From Schizochytrium sp. TIO01 (Eukaryota; Protista; Bigyra: Labyrinthulomycetes), in assembly GCA_004764695.1 (NCBI GenBank), contig SMSO01000033.1:744001-808000 (forward strand): a stretch of DNA of 64,000 nucleotides. The letters run 5' to 3'. Under the pieces are notes generated by a model. That model had not been told where the DNA came from and ran no database searches. It saw only the letters and a program-made list of their open reading frames with translations. The first letter of the stretch is position 1, and each line of letters starts with the position of its first letter. Shown here piece after piece: positions 1 to 11,276 of this stretch. The translations under genes were made by a program, and so were the position numbers.

Positions 1-831
1 ACAGGCTCCTCGGTTGCTGCGAGTGAAGAGGACTGGGTTCTTGTCCAAAGCGCTCGCGAACCCATTAATCTGCGTGGAAACGCACACGAGGTTGTTCTTG
101 TACCTGAAAACCCTCCTGTAGCGCGCAAGACTGTGGCCTCTATGAATAAAACATCCAAACCTATGACCAGAAGACAAGTTCAGAAAGCACAAGACGCACT
201 TCGGCACAAGGGATGCTTACCAGTAGTTACGCGGGAAATGACTGACACAGAGTATAATCGTGTCTTTAAAAGACCACTCACACACAATTTTGGGCACGCT
301 AACATCCACCCAACCAACGAAAAGGACTATATGCGCTCTCATAACGTTAAGGCTGCCCTGGCAGGTGGGTCAGAACAGGTTTATAGTCATGCGCTTGATG
401 CCCGAGCAGCTGGTCCACCTGCCTTGGCTCATCTTCTTTCACGTGACGAGGTTCTTGCTCTGGAGAAGAATATGAATGTACCAGAGTCTGAGAACAATAA
501 TGCTCCACTCCGCGTTGAAACTTCACCAAGCATGCCTCCTGCAGCACCGGCCGGGACTAAGCTTGGTGTTTCTACTCCAACTGCGGCAGAGCTTTCTCTT
601 CGCACGTTTGGGCGCCCCTCTAAAAACAGGCAACTGGAGCCGTCAATGTTTGAGATTCTTTCTTGGAGCGATCCTGGCGCTCGTGATGTAGAAAGAGCAC
701 CTCTCCCCACATCAGACAAACTCGATCCTCGTAACTATGCCACGCTTCCACCCTCCCATACTCATGTTGTTCCGTTTGCAGGACATTATGAGGACGATGT
801 GGAACCCAGTGCCCCCCAGCCTTTGTTGTAG
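1..831 (+). CDS. 3' part of a hypothetical, largely disordered protein (5' end outside window)
   Basis: Frame 1 is open from base 1 (TGSSVAASEEDWVLVQ...) to TAG at 829-831; Pro/Ser-rich; no recognised domain. Confidence 0.65.
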   Translation, partial: TGSSVAASEEDWVLVQSAREPINLRGNAHEVVLVPENPPVARKTVASMNKTSKPMTRRQVQKAQDALRHKGCLPVVTREMTDTEYNRVFKRPLTHNFGHANIHPTNEKDYMRSHNVKAALAGGSEQVYSHALDARAAGPPALAHLLSRDEVLALEKNMNVPESENNNAPLRVETSPSMPPAAPAGTKLGVSTPTAAELSLRTFGRPSKNRQLEPSMFEILSWSDPGARDVERAPLPTSDKLDPRNYATLPPSHTHVVPFAGHYEDDVEPSAPQPLL

Positions 832-1688
832 TAGGCCAACAACATTAAGCAGAACCTCGACCTACCTTTTCTTGATGGATGTATGCTCCACGTTCGTGCA
901 TTAAGATCAAATAGTGAAATAAGTAAACCACTCGCAAAATATAACTCCAACCACAAAAGCTACGCCACGGACCGAATCTCTCCAGAAACGAAACTCGTCT
1001 TCGTAGCTCTCGCGAAGCGATCTGCTACACTAGTAAATAAAATCAAAGTTTTCATATATTGCGAATTCTGGTGGGCCAATGCTAATTTAAATCCTACGCT
1101 TCATTGATGCTATTACGTCTGAATGAAGATAAAATTAAAAGGGAAAATATTTGAGCAAATGCTTCCTAGTTGAATTTCTATAGTTACCTTTTCGTCCCTT
1201 CAGGTATGATGATCAGTTGCGATAACGCAATTTAAAATACTCCATACAATCATTCATGCTTGCTATCATGCAACCTGTGCTATGCCAAGTTCCCTCAAAG
1301 TAGATTATGCAAAACCTGTCCCAACACCATCACAGTCTCTGCAAGACTTGCCTGTGAATTCCTTATACTAGTTACAGAAGAACCGTTGTACACCTTCCAT
1401 AGTAGCATATTAAGGTAAACTAGTAAGAGTTGGGCTACAATGGTGTATTCTTTTTAAATGACAATAAAAAGGCAAGCAAGCAAATATGAAGAATGAAGTC
1501 CTGGCCAAGTAGCAGTAGTACTACTCTTGTAGGTTTTGTCTTCTGTGAAGCAAGCGTGACCGCCCCACAAAATCATATATACGGGTTCTGCGTGGTATAA
1601 CACGAACGTGTTAAGGTGATCTGCTCTGAATAGTGAAAGTAAGGTTGCCGCTCTCAGGCTCTTGGGAGGATTCAACTATTTGTTCAAC

Positions 1689-3272
1689 ATGCAAAAATCG
1701 GGCTCGTCGAGCAGAGTTCGAGTCTTAACTCGAGTGCGACCATTAAACGAAGCAGAAATAGAGGCAGGCGACGTCAAGGCAGTCTGTGTGGCAACAAATC
1801 AACAAACTGTCGAAGCTGGCGTCGGGGATGTGTACTCTATTCCTGTGAAATTCAAGTTTGACGCAAGCTTTGATGAGGATGCCTCTCAAGCAGATGTATA
1901 CAACGAAGCTGGAGCGCCTCTCGTGGATGCTGTGTGTCAAGGATACAATGCTGCACTGATTGCATATGGGCAAACTGGATCTGGCAAGACATACTCAATG
2001 TTAGCTGGAGCAGAAGATATTTGGGCACTTGCATCAAGGCTAGCCAGATCGAACGATTTCTTTAGGTCGGAGGACGAGGAACCTTTGGTTGCACAAGCAC
2101 TAGAGGTTATTGGAAGCTCTCCATGGCGAGGCGCCATTCCTCGCGCTATTGAACAGCTCTTCTCCTATGTTCACTCTGCCCAGACAGATAATGTACGCCT
2201 GTCATGCTCCTATGTGGAGATTTACAACGAACAAGTATATGACCTATTACGTGAAGGGCCGGCACGGCGACCTAGCACGAGCGGAAATGACCGTGCTTTG
2301 GATATTCATGAAGATGACTACAAGGGTGTTCATGTGTCTGGGGTGAACGAAAAAAATGTTGAAAGTCCTGATGATGTACTTAGTATGCTTTGGGCTGGTG
2401 CTCTTCGCCGAGCGGTGGACGCAACAGATATGAACGAGTATAGTTCGCGCTCCCACACAATCTTTCAAGTTATCTTGGAGCAAACAATGTCAGCTATGAC
2501 GAATGGGAAACCACGACGTGTGCGTAGTAAACTCAACCTTGTTGACCTTGCTGGTTCAGAAAAATGGCGCTCACATCAGCTGTCGAAATTTTCTGCACAA
2601 CGTATTCAAGAAATGACTAGTATTAACAAGAGTCTCTCAAATCTGGGCAACTGCATACGAGCTCTTGAAACAGGAAAATCGCATGTGCCATTTCGAAACT
2701 CAAAACTCACGCGTCTTTTGCAGGACTGCCTCCGTGGAAATGCTATGGCTAGTTTCCTTGTTACTCTCTCACCGTCGCGAGATAGTCTTGAGGAGTCAAT
2801 GTCAAGCCTTCACTTTGCAGATAGAGCCAAGGGCGTTCTTGTCGAGCCCCATATCAACGAGTTAAATTCTCCAGCCAGTTCTCTTGACGCTGCAGCTGCA
2901 GAAATCGCGCGCCTTCGAACTAGAATTCGCGACCTGGAAGCTCGAGCCGTGCGCACCGATCAAGAACCTTGTGCAGTTTTGGGGGCTACAGTACAAGCTG
3001 CTGCTGCGCGACTCTACGCTTGGGACACTCGCTGTAGAAAACCCGGGGCAACTCAGGCAAGGCACACTGTTCAGGATGACCAACTTGCTCAGGTTTACGA
3101 AAAGTGGCTACTTGATACACTTACTCAAGACCCAGCCAACTCAGAGTTCCCAGGACAGCCATGTTTGTCACTTGAACAACGCCTTGCAATGGCAGAATGG
3201 GCTGTTCTCTTACAATTCCGCAAGATTTCTCAAGGTCAGCAGCATCTAGATTTGGATGCTGCAGCGAATTAG
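1689..3272 (+). CDS. Kinesin motor-domain protein with short coiled-coil tail
   Basis: RVRP, P-loop GQTGSGKT, switch I NEYSSRSH, switch II DLAGSE, HVPFRNSKLTRLLQD; first ATG at 1689. Confidence 0.95.
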   Translation: MQKSGSSSRVRVLTRVRPLNEAEIEAGDVKAVCVATNQQTVEAGVGDVYSIPVKFKFDASFDEDASQADVYNEAGAPLVDAVCQGYNAALIAYGQTGSGKTYSMLAGAEDIWALASRLARSNDFFRSEDEEPLVAQALEVIGSSPWRGAIPRAIEQLFSYVHSAQTDNVRLSCSYVEIYNEQVYDLLREGPARRPSTSGNDRALDIHEDDYKGVHVSGVNEKNVESPDDVLSMLWAGALRRAVDATDMNEYSSRSHTIFQVILEQTMSAMTNGKPRRVRSKLNLVDLAGSEKWRSHQLSKFSAQRIQEMTSINKSLSNLGNCIRALETGKSHVPFRNSKLTRLLQDCLRGNAMASFLVTLSPSRDSLEESMSSLHFADRAKGVLVEPHINELNSPASSLDAAAAEIARLRTRIRDLEARAVRTDQEPCAVLGATVQAAAARLYAWDTRCRKPGATQARHTVQDDQLAQVYEKWLLDTLTQDPANSEFPGQPCLSLEQRLAMAEWAVLLQFRKISQGQQHLDLDAAAN

Positions 3273-4294
3273 TTAGTCACCAGCGCAAAGTCAAATTGTA
3301 AAAGTACAATATTATTACAAAAGTATGTATGCATCTATAATGGTATCTTCCCTTTTTATTTGGCATGTTTCTTGACGAGCTAGACGCTCTGGTTGAGAAC
3401 TTCTGTAAACCTGTAGGTCTCTTTTTTCACTTGAAGAAGTTGTTAAGCCAGTGGACGCATGAAGAGAGGGTTCGAAGAAGAAACTTGCTTTGCTTACTTA
3501 CAACTTGAGCCACCAATCCTTGTGCAGAGAGTCATTTTCCATCTACTGGCAGTAGTAGTACCTTGATTCTAGGTAGTTACTTCTCTTCTCAGTATCTATC
3601 AGATCTCTAAACCTCGTATTGGGTAGGCAGTGAATGTGGTTCATCGCTGCGCACGCGCACCCACGTGCGAAATGGGAGCAATTCCCATGGGAAAGGGTTG
3701 TACATAGCCATTCACGCACATAATCGGTTGTCGTATGGCGCACAGCACAGCCCGCAATACATCTTGGCAATGGAAACACAGCAGTCTCCACCTTGGTGCA
3801 ACAGGTATTTTGCCGAAACCATGCTGCGGCGTCGAGGCTTGGCCGAGCGAGACAATGCACGACAGAGCTCAGGCTTTACTTTTTCCAAGTTTACTCTATA
3901 TTGCTCCTGACTAGTGCATCGATTGTTATGGATTGATAACATTGCATAGCAGTAAGAAAAAGAAATAGGAAGGAAAAGGAAGAAAGTTTTCTGAATATCC
4001 TCAATAAACAAGGCCGAAAGAAAAGAAACAAGAAAAAGAAACTTGAACTAAGATATCATGGCGAAAAGTTGAAGAGAAGGTAAAGCAAAACTGGGAAACA
4101 AGCAAAAACGAATTGCACGGGTGCTGCTAGGTGCCGACTCAGTGAGGGCAGCTGTCGTCACTGTCTCTGCAGCCTCGCCACGTCGTTCAGGGCTTTGCCT
4201 TAGACGTTCTGGGCGACCAAATATAGTGTGAAACTGAGGCTGCTCAATCCTTGAAGAGGTCTGTCTGCTTGAGCTTGACGATTCTTCAAATAGG

Positions 4295-5698
4295 ATGATC
4301 GACGAGGCACTTTTCTTCGTCATGGGCATTGGAAGCCTGTTCCCTTGGAATGCATTCATTACTGAGAGTGGGTACTTTACTACTCGCTTTGCTGGAAGCT
4401 CATATCAGGCAACCTTTGAAAGTGGGTTTGGAGTAGCGTACAATGTGTCAAACATGTTAACCCTGGTGACTATGCTCTGGTTGCAGAAATACATGACTGA
4501 GTGGATGGTCATTGCAGTCCCGTTCATTGGCACCGGGATCATTTTCTGTGGCACAGCTATGATGACACAAATTGATGTGACCCAGCAAAACCTCTTTGCC
4601 ATTACAACCGCAACGGTTCTCATTTGTGGAGTTATGTCTGGACCCATGATTTCTGGAAGTGCAGCGCTTGCTTCGAGATTTAGCAAGTCATGTGTTGCGA
4701 TTTTCTATACAGGGCAGGCATTTGGTGGAGGCTTGGCGTCTTTATCTAGTCTTTTTACGACATTGGTTGCGGGCAACGACAATTTTTGCAACTCAACAGT
4801 TTGGGGCGCTACAGAAACGCCTGCATTCGTTGTCGACTGGAGCGCATTTTGGTACTTCTCCGTGGCCGCCATGGTTTGTTTTATTTCGGTCTTTGCTTAC
4901 GGCATTGTCAAAGTACGCCAATCGAAGATGGGAAACCCAGAAAATTCGGCCACGGTAGAGGCAATAGATGAACTTGACGAAGAGGACGGATCACTCCTCG
5001 CACTAGGTGAACGTGAAGACGTTGAGGACGCGGGAGCTAACACTCGATCTGTGGATACTTCAGGTGTTGATTCGATGTCTGGTTCTGTGAGCTTGGGTGA
5101 ATCTCTGATAGGGCAGTACTATGACTCAATGCTTCCCAAGGAGGCCAGCTGGGACAGGACAACTGTGGAGACTATTTTTTCGATTATCCGCTATCCTTGC
5201 ATCGCTGTCTTTTGTACCTTCTTTTCAACACTCAGTGTATTCCCTGCAATTGTGGCACAGACAGAGTCAGTACATAAATGCGAGCCAGGGGCAAGTCGGT
5301 TTTCAAACGAGCTTTTTGTTCCAATCTTGTTTCTTATATTTAATGCTTCTGACTTTGCTGGGCGAGCCTTAATGGATAAATGGCAGCCCTTTAATGGCAA
5401 GCAGCTTATGACGTTGGCCCTTGCTCGATTTTTGTTCTGGCCTTTGTTTTATGTTCAAAATATTCGTGGTTCGCGGCTCCCGATTCTATTCAATGCAGAC
5501 TTCTGGCCATTGGCGATCGCAACACTTTGCGGTTTTACCAATGGTTTCGTTAGTACCTCGTCCATGGTTACGGCACAGATCAGTGTTCCAAAGGTCCACC
5601 GTGATGTGGCTTCAGTCATTGCTTCTTTGTTTCTGACGCTAGGTCTTACTTTTGGTGCATTCGGAAGTTATTTGTCCATTTGGATTGTACAAGGATAA
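4295..5698 (+). CDS. Equilibrative nucleoside transporter (SLC29/ENT family)
   Basis: GIGSLFPWNAFIT N-terminal signature, GQAFGG, TLSVFP, FNASDFAGR, GFTNGF; about 11 hydrophobic segments with an acidic central loop. Confidence 0.93.
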   Translation: MIDEALFFVMGIGSLFPWNAFITESGYFTTRFAGSSYQATFESGFGVAYNVSNMLTLVTMLWLQKYMTEWMVIAVPFIGTGIIFCGTAMMTQIDVTQQNLFAITTATVLICGVMSGPMISGSAALASRFSKSCVAIFYTGQAFGGGLASLSSLFTTLVAGNDNFCNSTVWGATETPAFVVDWSAFWYFSVAAMVCFISVFAYGIVKVRQSKMGNPENSATVEAIDELDEEDGSLLALGEREDVEDAGANTRSVDTSGVDSMSGSVSLGESLIGQYYDSMLPKEASWDRTTVETIFSIIRYPCIAVFCTFFSTLSVFPAIVAQTESVHKCEPGASRFSNELFVPILFLIFNASDFAGRALMDKWQPFNGKQLMTLALARFLFWPLFYVQNIRGSRLPILFNADFWPLAIATLCGFTNGFVSTSSMVTAQISVPKVHRDVASVIASLFLTLGLTFGAFGSYLSIWIVQG

Positions 5699-6139
5699 CG
5701 CACTTCTCCTGTGAATCAGATGCTTTTTACAATCTAAATAATAGCTCAGCGTAGAAATGTTGAAGAAACATACTAGACCATTCGCATCACGACGAATTCT
5801 CTTTGGACTTGAAAACAAGGCAAATAAAGAGTCCAGATTACGACAGACTTAGGAACTTAGAAAATCAATGTGTTGTAATAAAACCACGTTAAACTATCAG
5901 CATAAATTTATCAATACATGTATGTCATTCCTACTAATGTAGATGATTGTAACGCCCCCTCTATATCTCGTAAAGCTCTTTCTTGTGATTGTTTGATATG
6001 ACCAGAAAGAAAGAGAGGATTCTTTGTTTTGACCCCATAATCATTTTGATGCTCGTTCGCAGAACGGAGAAAGATTTTGCTATACTTACATCAAATGAGG
6101 GATGCAGTTGGTCGATCTTAATTACTTTCAATTTTGACT

Positions 6140-9100
6140 TTACTCACTGCGCTCATTCATAGGAAGATTATCTTCAAAATCATCATACAAATCTTCATCA
6201 TCGTCGTACTCATCATCATAGTCATCATCACTGTAGTCGTCTGCGTTCTCATTTTCCATTTTTTGATCCCTGATATTTGGAGGGTCTTGAAGCTCGCCAT
6301 TTAATTCATTACTGCTGCCATTGTTTACCTCATCCAATGCTTCGCATTCCTCATCTGTGGGGCTAGAAGCCTTAGATCCATCTCCGTGAGGAACGGAATA
6401 TTTTACATTCTCGCCAGACTTTGAAACATCTGTAACCTCGTTCTCATGCTCAACAGGAACATTTTGCTCATCTTCAGTTCTGGTAAGGCCGTTTTTCTCT
6501 CTGAAAATAGCAGGCTCTCTCGAGTGTTCTTGACTTGTAGGGTGAATGTGCTCGCTTTGTTCGCCTTCTGCATTGTGTTCTTGCTGCTCAATGAGACTCG
6601 CCTCGCCATTCAAAATAGCATCGTCGTGGCTCGCATCATTTTCAATACTGCTATTCACATTCAATACAAAAAGTGTATTGTTTCCACTGTAGGTATCTTC
6701 TTCTTCTTCATTGTCGTCATCGTCCTTACTTTCTGAAATCTGTCTAATCTCAGCCTCATCAATTGCCGATTTAAAATCCTCATCTTCATCGCTTTGGAGA
6801 CTGTCTTCGTCCATTCGGTCGTAGCTATCTTCGTTGTTATTGTCGTCATCATCGTTTTCGTCACTTTCTGAAACCTTTCCAATCTCAGTCTCATCGATTA
6901 CAGATTTAAAACTCTCATCTTCATCGCTTTCGAGAATATCTTGGTCCATTTGGTCGTAACTATCGTCCTTACCATCTTCGTCATAGTTGTCATCGTCGCT
7001 ATAGTCATCATCATCATCATCATCATCTTCATCATCATCATCTTCATCTTCATCTTCATCTTCATCTTCATCTTCATCTTCATCTTCATCGTAGACATCC
7101 TGGTCGTTTGAATTCTTGATGCGATCAATATCATCGTTCATACGACTGACAGATGATATTGTCTCACTAGCCTTGCTACTTTCGAATTCGTTATTGAAAT
7201 CAACAGTGTCAGCGTCAGCAAAATGAGAATCTTGACCAATATCGGATTCATCGTCTAAAACAGTTTCGATCTCAGTGTCATCAACTATAGATGTGGAGTC
7301 CTCGTCATCTTCGCTGTCAAGAGTTCGCTCAACCCCATTGGAATTGTTGTCGGTATCTGTGACAATACTTTGGCTATCAGACTTAGTTTCGCTTTGAAAC
7401 TTTGTGCTAGACGTCTCATCCCCTGATTGCGCTTCATTTTCTTCAAGATGATCAGTTATAGGGTCGTGCTCTTGGATATCACGATCGTCCATAATTCTCA
7501 TATTTGCATTGCTGATAACCTTGTTTGCAGATACATCAAGGGGGGGTTCGTTACGTATCTCGAGATTATCATCATCTTCAACATTATCGAGATCTCCGAG
7601 ATCTATATCAATAAGGTCATGGTCTTCGTAAACCTCTTCCTCCTCGTTGTGATCGTCAGCCTCGCCTTCATCTATGCTATTTTCGAGGCCTGAATTATTC
7701 AGGACATGGTCTTCGTAGACCTCTTCCTCCTCATCATGGTCGCCATCCTCGGACTCATCTCTACTCCTTTCTTTGCCATTTTGACTGGTATCCTCGGCTC
7801 CATCTTTGTTTAAAATGTAGCTACAGAGAGCATCGCTGTCAATGGCGATGATTTTGGATCCATCTACGCTAATTTTCGCCCTAAACATGTCGAAAAATTC
7901 TTGGATTGGGCGTACACGACCCAGAGAGAACTTGGAGACAGCTCGAGTCGAAAAGGGCTCTTTGATTGGGTCTACATGAAGGCCTAAAATATGGCGGATC
8001 CGCGCCATCGATGAAGCTGCAAGTTCATCGTGATGCTTTTCGTCTCTGTTGTTTTCCCAGAACAAAGGAGCCGTATGTTGAGGGCGTTCAAAAGGGTAAA
8101 AATGTACCAATGCTGTTCGAAGAAATGAGTATGCGGTGTAGCCATGCGTATAAAGACGAGCTGCCATGACGAACTCTTCGCCCATAAAGATCCATGGAGT
8201 ACAACAGTCGTAGGGGACGTTTAAGATGCGATGTCCCCTTGAAAAGGATAAACCAGCAGCAAAGAAGGGGTGAACTGTAGGTAACCTGTTGTCATGTTCT
8301 GACATCTCAAGCGAATTTTCAAAACGAACCAATCCTTGTGGCAGCATGATCCGAGAATGGCACATAACGGGTGAGGTTGGGCGTAAACGTTTTCCAGAAG
8401 TGGAGTTAATACCTCCAACAGCCTGGGTTGGGTACGCAGTGAGTATGCCGTATTCGTCGTCAAGTGATTCCCATTGACGAATGAGACTATTATCCCAATT
8501 TTGTGTAAACAACATATGAGCATCGATTTGAAGTAAGAATGTCTCGCCCTTATACATCTGATCCGCCCGATTGCGCCCAAAAGTGGGCCCTCGGGCTAAT
8601 CGAGCATCGAGTCTATGGACCCGAATTTGGCGAAGGTTCTTGCACAAAACTGCCCAGTCACTGTCTGCTTTAAGATTTCCCGAGTGGCAATCCACTTGCT
8701 GTGGTACACACGGTTTGTCAATGCTCAGCGACTGATCCACAACTGCAACATATACACGGTCAGGATGAGCTGCTCGTCGGAAAGCGTTTGCAATGGTAGC
8801 GCTACACATTTGATCTCTGTATGACGCCACATGTATGAGGATTGTGTCTAAACCTCTAATTTTATAACCCACCAGTCCGGGGTTTTCATGACGCGGGGTC
8901 CAACGTTTGAGTTTTTGTTCTGGGATTAAGGGTCCAAGGTTCTCCTCTACCGGCACCTCCCGACATTTCTGTAGGTATGTCATTTCTCCACGTTCTCCTG
9001 AAGAAATATCGTCCGAGCTGTGGAGCGAAAATAATAGTTTGTAATTGTTTCGAATCGCCAAAAGCTCTCCACAAACTCCTTTGCAGGCAGCTTCATCTGC

Positions 9101-9493
9101 ACATGCATTGAGAGCTTCCTGGAGGTTTGTAAAGTAGTTCCTTTCATCCCCTTCAGCAAAGACGAGGTGATTCAGTCTTCCTGGGACTGGATCTGTCCAT
9201 AAGCATTCTGTCTTGAAACTTATCTTTCCAAATGCATTGACGGGCAAATTCTCATCGTCGCTAGACGCCCTCTTTTCCCGAGCATGGTCTTCCGAAGGCT
9301 CGGGCCGCCAATTCTCAACGTGAAGAGAGCTACTCTGTAGCGCTGAGTGGGCTGCAATGCAGGCCTGGTTGCTGGCCGCTAAAGAATCGCACTGCACTGG
9401 CGTTCTCAAGATTGACACGAATAGACCCGCCAGCGCAAGCAGCACGAGGCCGCATACCGACCTCGAATAAAGCAGCGACGGTTCCGCGCCCAT
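6140..9493 (-). CDS. GT60/Gnt1-like (Skp1-hydroxyproline GlcNAc transferase family) glycosyltransferase, type II membrane, with very long acidic C-terminal tail
   Basis: N-terminal TM anchor; VASYRD..C..T, ARGPTFGR, LQIDAHMLF, FAAGLSF, PYD..TPWIFMGEE motifs; roughly 550 aa D/E-rich tail. Confidence 0.85.
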   Translation of the reverse strand: MGAEPSLLYSRSVCGLVLLALAGLFVSILRTPVQCDSLAASNQACIAAHSALQSSSLHVENWRPEPSEDHAREKRASSDDENLPVNAFGKISFKTECLWTDPVPGRLNHLVFAEGDERNYFTNLQEALNACADEAACKGVCGELLAIRNNYKLLFSLHSSDDISSGERGEMTYLQKCREVPVEENLGPLIPEQKLKRWTPRHENPGLVGYKIRGLDTILIHVASYRDQMCSATIANAFRRAAHPDRVYVAVVDQSLSIDKPCVPQQVDCHSGNLKADSDWAVLCKNLRQIRVHRLDARLARGPTFGRNRADQMYKGETFLLQIDAHMLFTQNWDNSLIRQWESLDDEYGILTAYPTQAVGGINSTSGKRLRPTSPVMCHSRIMLPQGLVRFENSLEMSEHDNRLPTVHPFFAAGLSFSRGHRILNVPYDCCTPWIFMGEEFVMAARLYTHGYTAYSFLRTALVHFYPFERPQHTAPLFWENNRDEKHHDELAASSMARIRHILGLHVDPIKEPFSTRAVSKFSLGRVRPIQEFFDMFRAKISVDGSKIIAIDSDALCSYILNKDGAEDTSQNGKERSRDESEDGDHDEEEEVYEDHVLNNSGLENSIDEGEADDHNEEEEVYEDHDLIDIDLGDLDNVEDDDNLEIRNEPPLDVSANKVISNANMRIMDDRDIQEHDPITDHLEENEAQSGDETSSTKFQSETKSDSQSIVTDTDNNSNGVERTLDSEDDEDSTSIVDDTEIETVLDDESDIGQDSHFADADTVDFNNEFESSKASETISSVSRMNDDIDRIKNSNDQDVYDEDEDEDEDEDEDEDEDDDDEDDDDDDDDYSDDDNYDEDGKDDSYDQMDQDILESDEDESFKSVIDETEIGKVSESDENDDDDNNNEDSYDRMDEDSLQSDEDEDFKSAIDEAEIRQISESKDDDDNEEEEDTYSGNNTLFVLNVNSSIENDASHDDAILNGEASLIEQQEHNAEGEQSEHIHPTSQEHSREPAIFREKNGLTRTEDEQNVPVEHENEVTDVSKSGENVKYSVPHGDGSKASSPTDEECEALDEVNNGSSNELNGELQDPPNIRDQKMENENADDYSDDDYDDEYDDDEDLYDDFEDNLPMNERSE
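7004..7090 (-). repeat. (GAT)n/(GATGAA)n coding microsatellite encoding poly-D/DE
   Basis: Runs of TCA and TCTTCA on the + strand. Confidence 0.9.
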
Positions 9494-11276
9494 CGCGAGT
9501 CCAGGTCACCTCAATACACCAAGTTCGAAGTATGAAGTCCGCTCAAGGAAGCGCATCCATCGTGGTTAGATCGATGCGCCATCGTCATTCCTGTGGTGCT
9601 TAATAATGGGTACGAGTAAATAGTCTATCAGTCACCTGCCCGCAAAGTACTATCTTCAACCATCCTGGAAACAGCAATACCTATAGCAAGGTCTACGGCA
9701 ACAACAACTAAAACATGGCGAAGCTCTTTCAAGAAAATAATGCAGGCCGGGTATTGCACAGCTTAGGCCAAATGCTGTTTGTTTGAGAATCAGTTATGAA
9801 GTGAAAACTTAGCTTCATCAGTTTGAGTGCGATTTCATTTTGTGTAGCCTTGGAGATCATGATTAACTATTGCAAACAATTTGGGTTGAGCATATATCCA
9901 ATCAGACAAAAGCTGCTAATATAAGAAGATTTGAGCACAGTAAAAGAAAGACCTTTGTAGCTCTGTCAATGTCTTTCACTATTCGATGACCTTCACGCAT
10001 TCTTTTTGTATGCAATGTTTTTTTGTATATGTATTTTAGGATAGATGAGAAAGCACATAAGCTTGATTTGCCTTTCTAAACTCAATCCGTAAATATCGAT
10101 AAGGTGAAACGTTGAAACTCACTGACTGCAAGCACCGAGGTATCTCTGTTCATACTCTTTGCCCAATCAGGCGATTATATAAGCAGTAAAAATGAAACCG
10201 TGCGTTACAATCCCCACTCAACAACCATAATAAGAATCTGTATATGAAGCTACGTTTCTAGCTATCTTTCAAGTGCTATCATACTCTTCTAGTTCTTGCA
10301 CATCCCGATACCTCTGCATAAACCTCGAAGCGTAAGTCTGCTCAATTTTACTACTTTCGTGGCCTTCCAAGTCAGAGGTTCTCCGCCACCTGTATAGATT
10401 CAATTATAGACATTATTATGTTGGATAACCAATACTAAAAATACAAGAATGGAGTTTCGTTAAAATTAGCTTTAACAGTATATCTCTTGATGCCGTAAGA
10501 CCTGCTTACCAAGCGAAAGGAATTAAAGTCTCATGGAGCAAGCAAACAAGCGAGCAGGTCTTCCCACTTTAGCTCAAAATGGAAAGAATTCGGGGGATCA
10601 ACTTGCGAATTCATTTTAGTTCTTTTCTTTTGTTTCAAGTTATAACTTTCATTTAATTTCAATTTTAAAAAATAGAAAGAAAAAAAAGGTTTTGTGTGTG
10701 TTTTTAGAATAAAATTATATGTATGTATTAGCATATCTAGCATAGTTTAGTAAATAAATAAAAAACTAAAAACTAAAAAACTAAAGCTACCATGATACTA
10801 ACAGTACCTAGTATTAACTTTCTTTTCAATGATAAAAACCTCCAAGTCTTTTGTTAAGGTGTCTTTGATCTGTAGTAAGTCCCTAGTTAAAAACAACACT
10901 AACAGTGATCCTAAAGTAATAGAAACATAAGGAGGGAAGCAGAACACCCTCGATAACTTGAGTTATTTTCCGCGTGCAAAATCAGATCCTCCGTGAGGCC
11001 AAGCCCGAGGCCGCTATCGCGATCGATCTAGCGATTGACTAACCTTGTTATCTCTCGACGGTGACCTTTAGCTTCTTTACCTGCAGCCCGTGTCACTGAT
11101 CCTTCCAACGTGGAGGGTATCGGTAGTGCTGCTCATTTGCCCGCCTCTTCAGTCTGTCTCACACGCTCGCTCACTGCACACGGTCCTGACAACTCGACTT
11201 TGCTGCTAAAATAAACTAAAGGTCCATCTTTGCTAGATATTTTGGGGTTTGAGTTGGACAAAACAGCAATTTTAGG

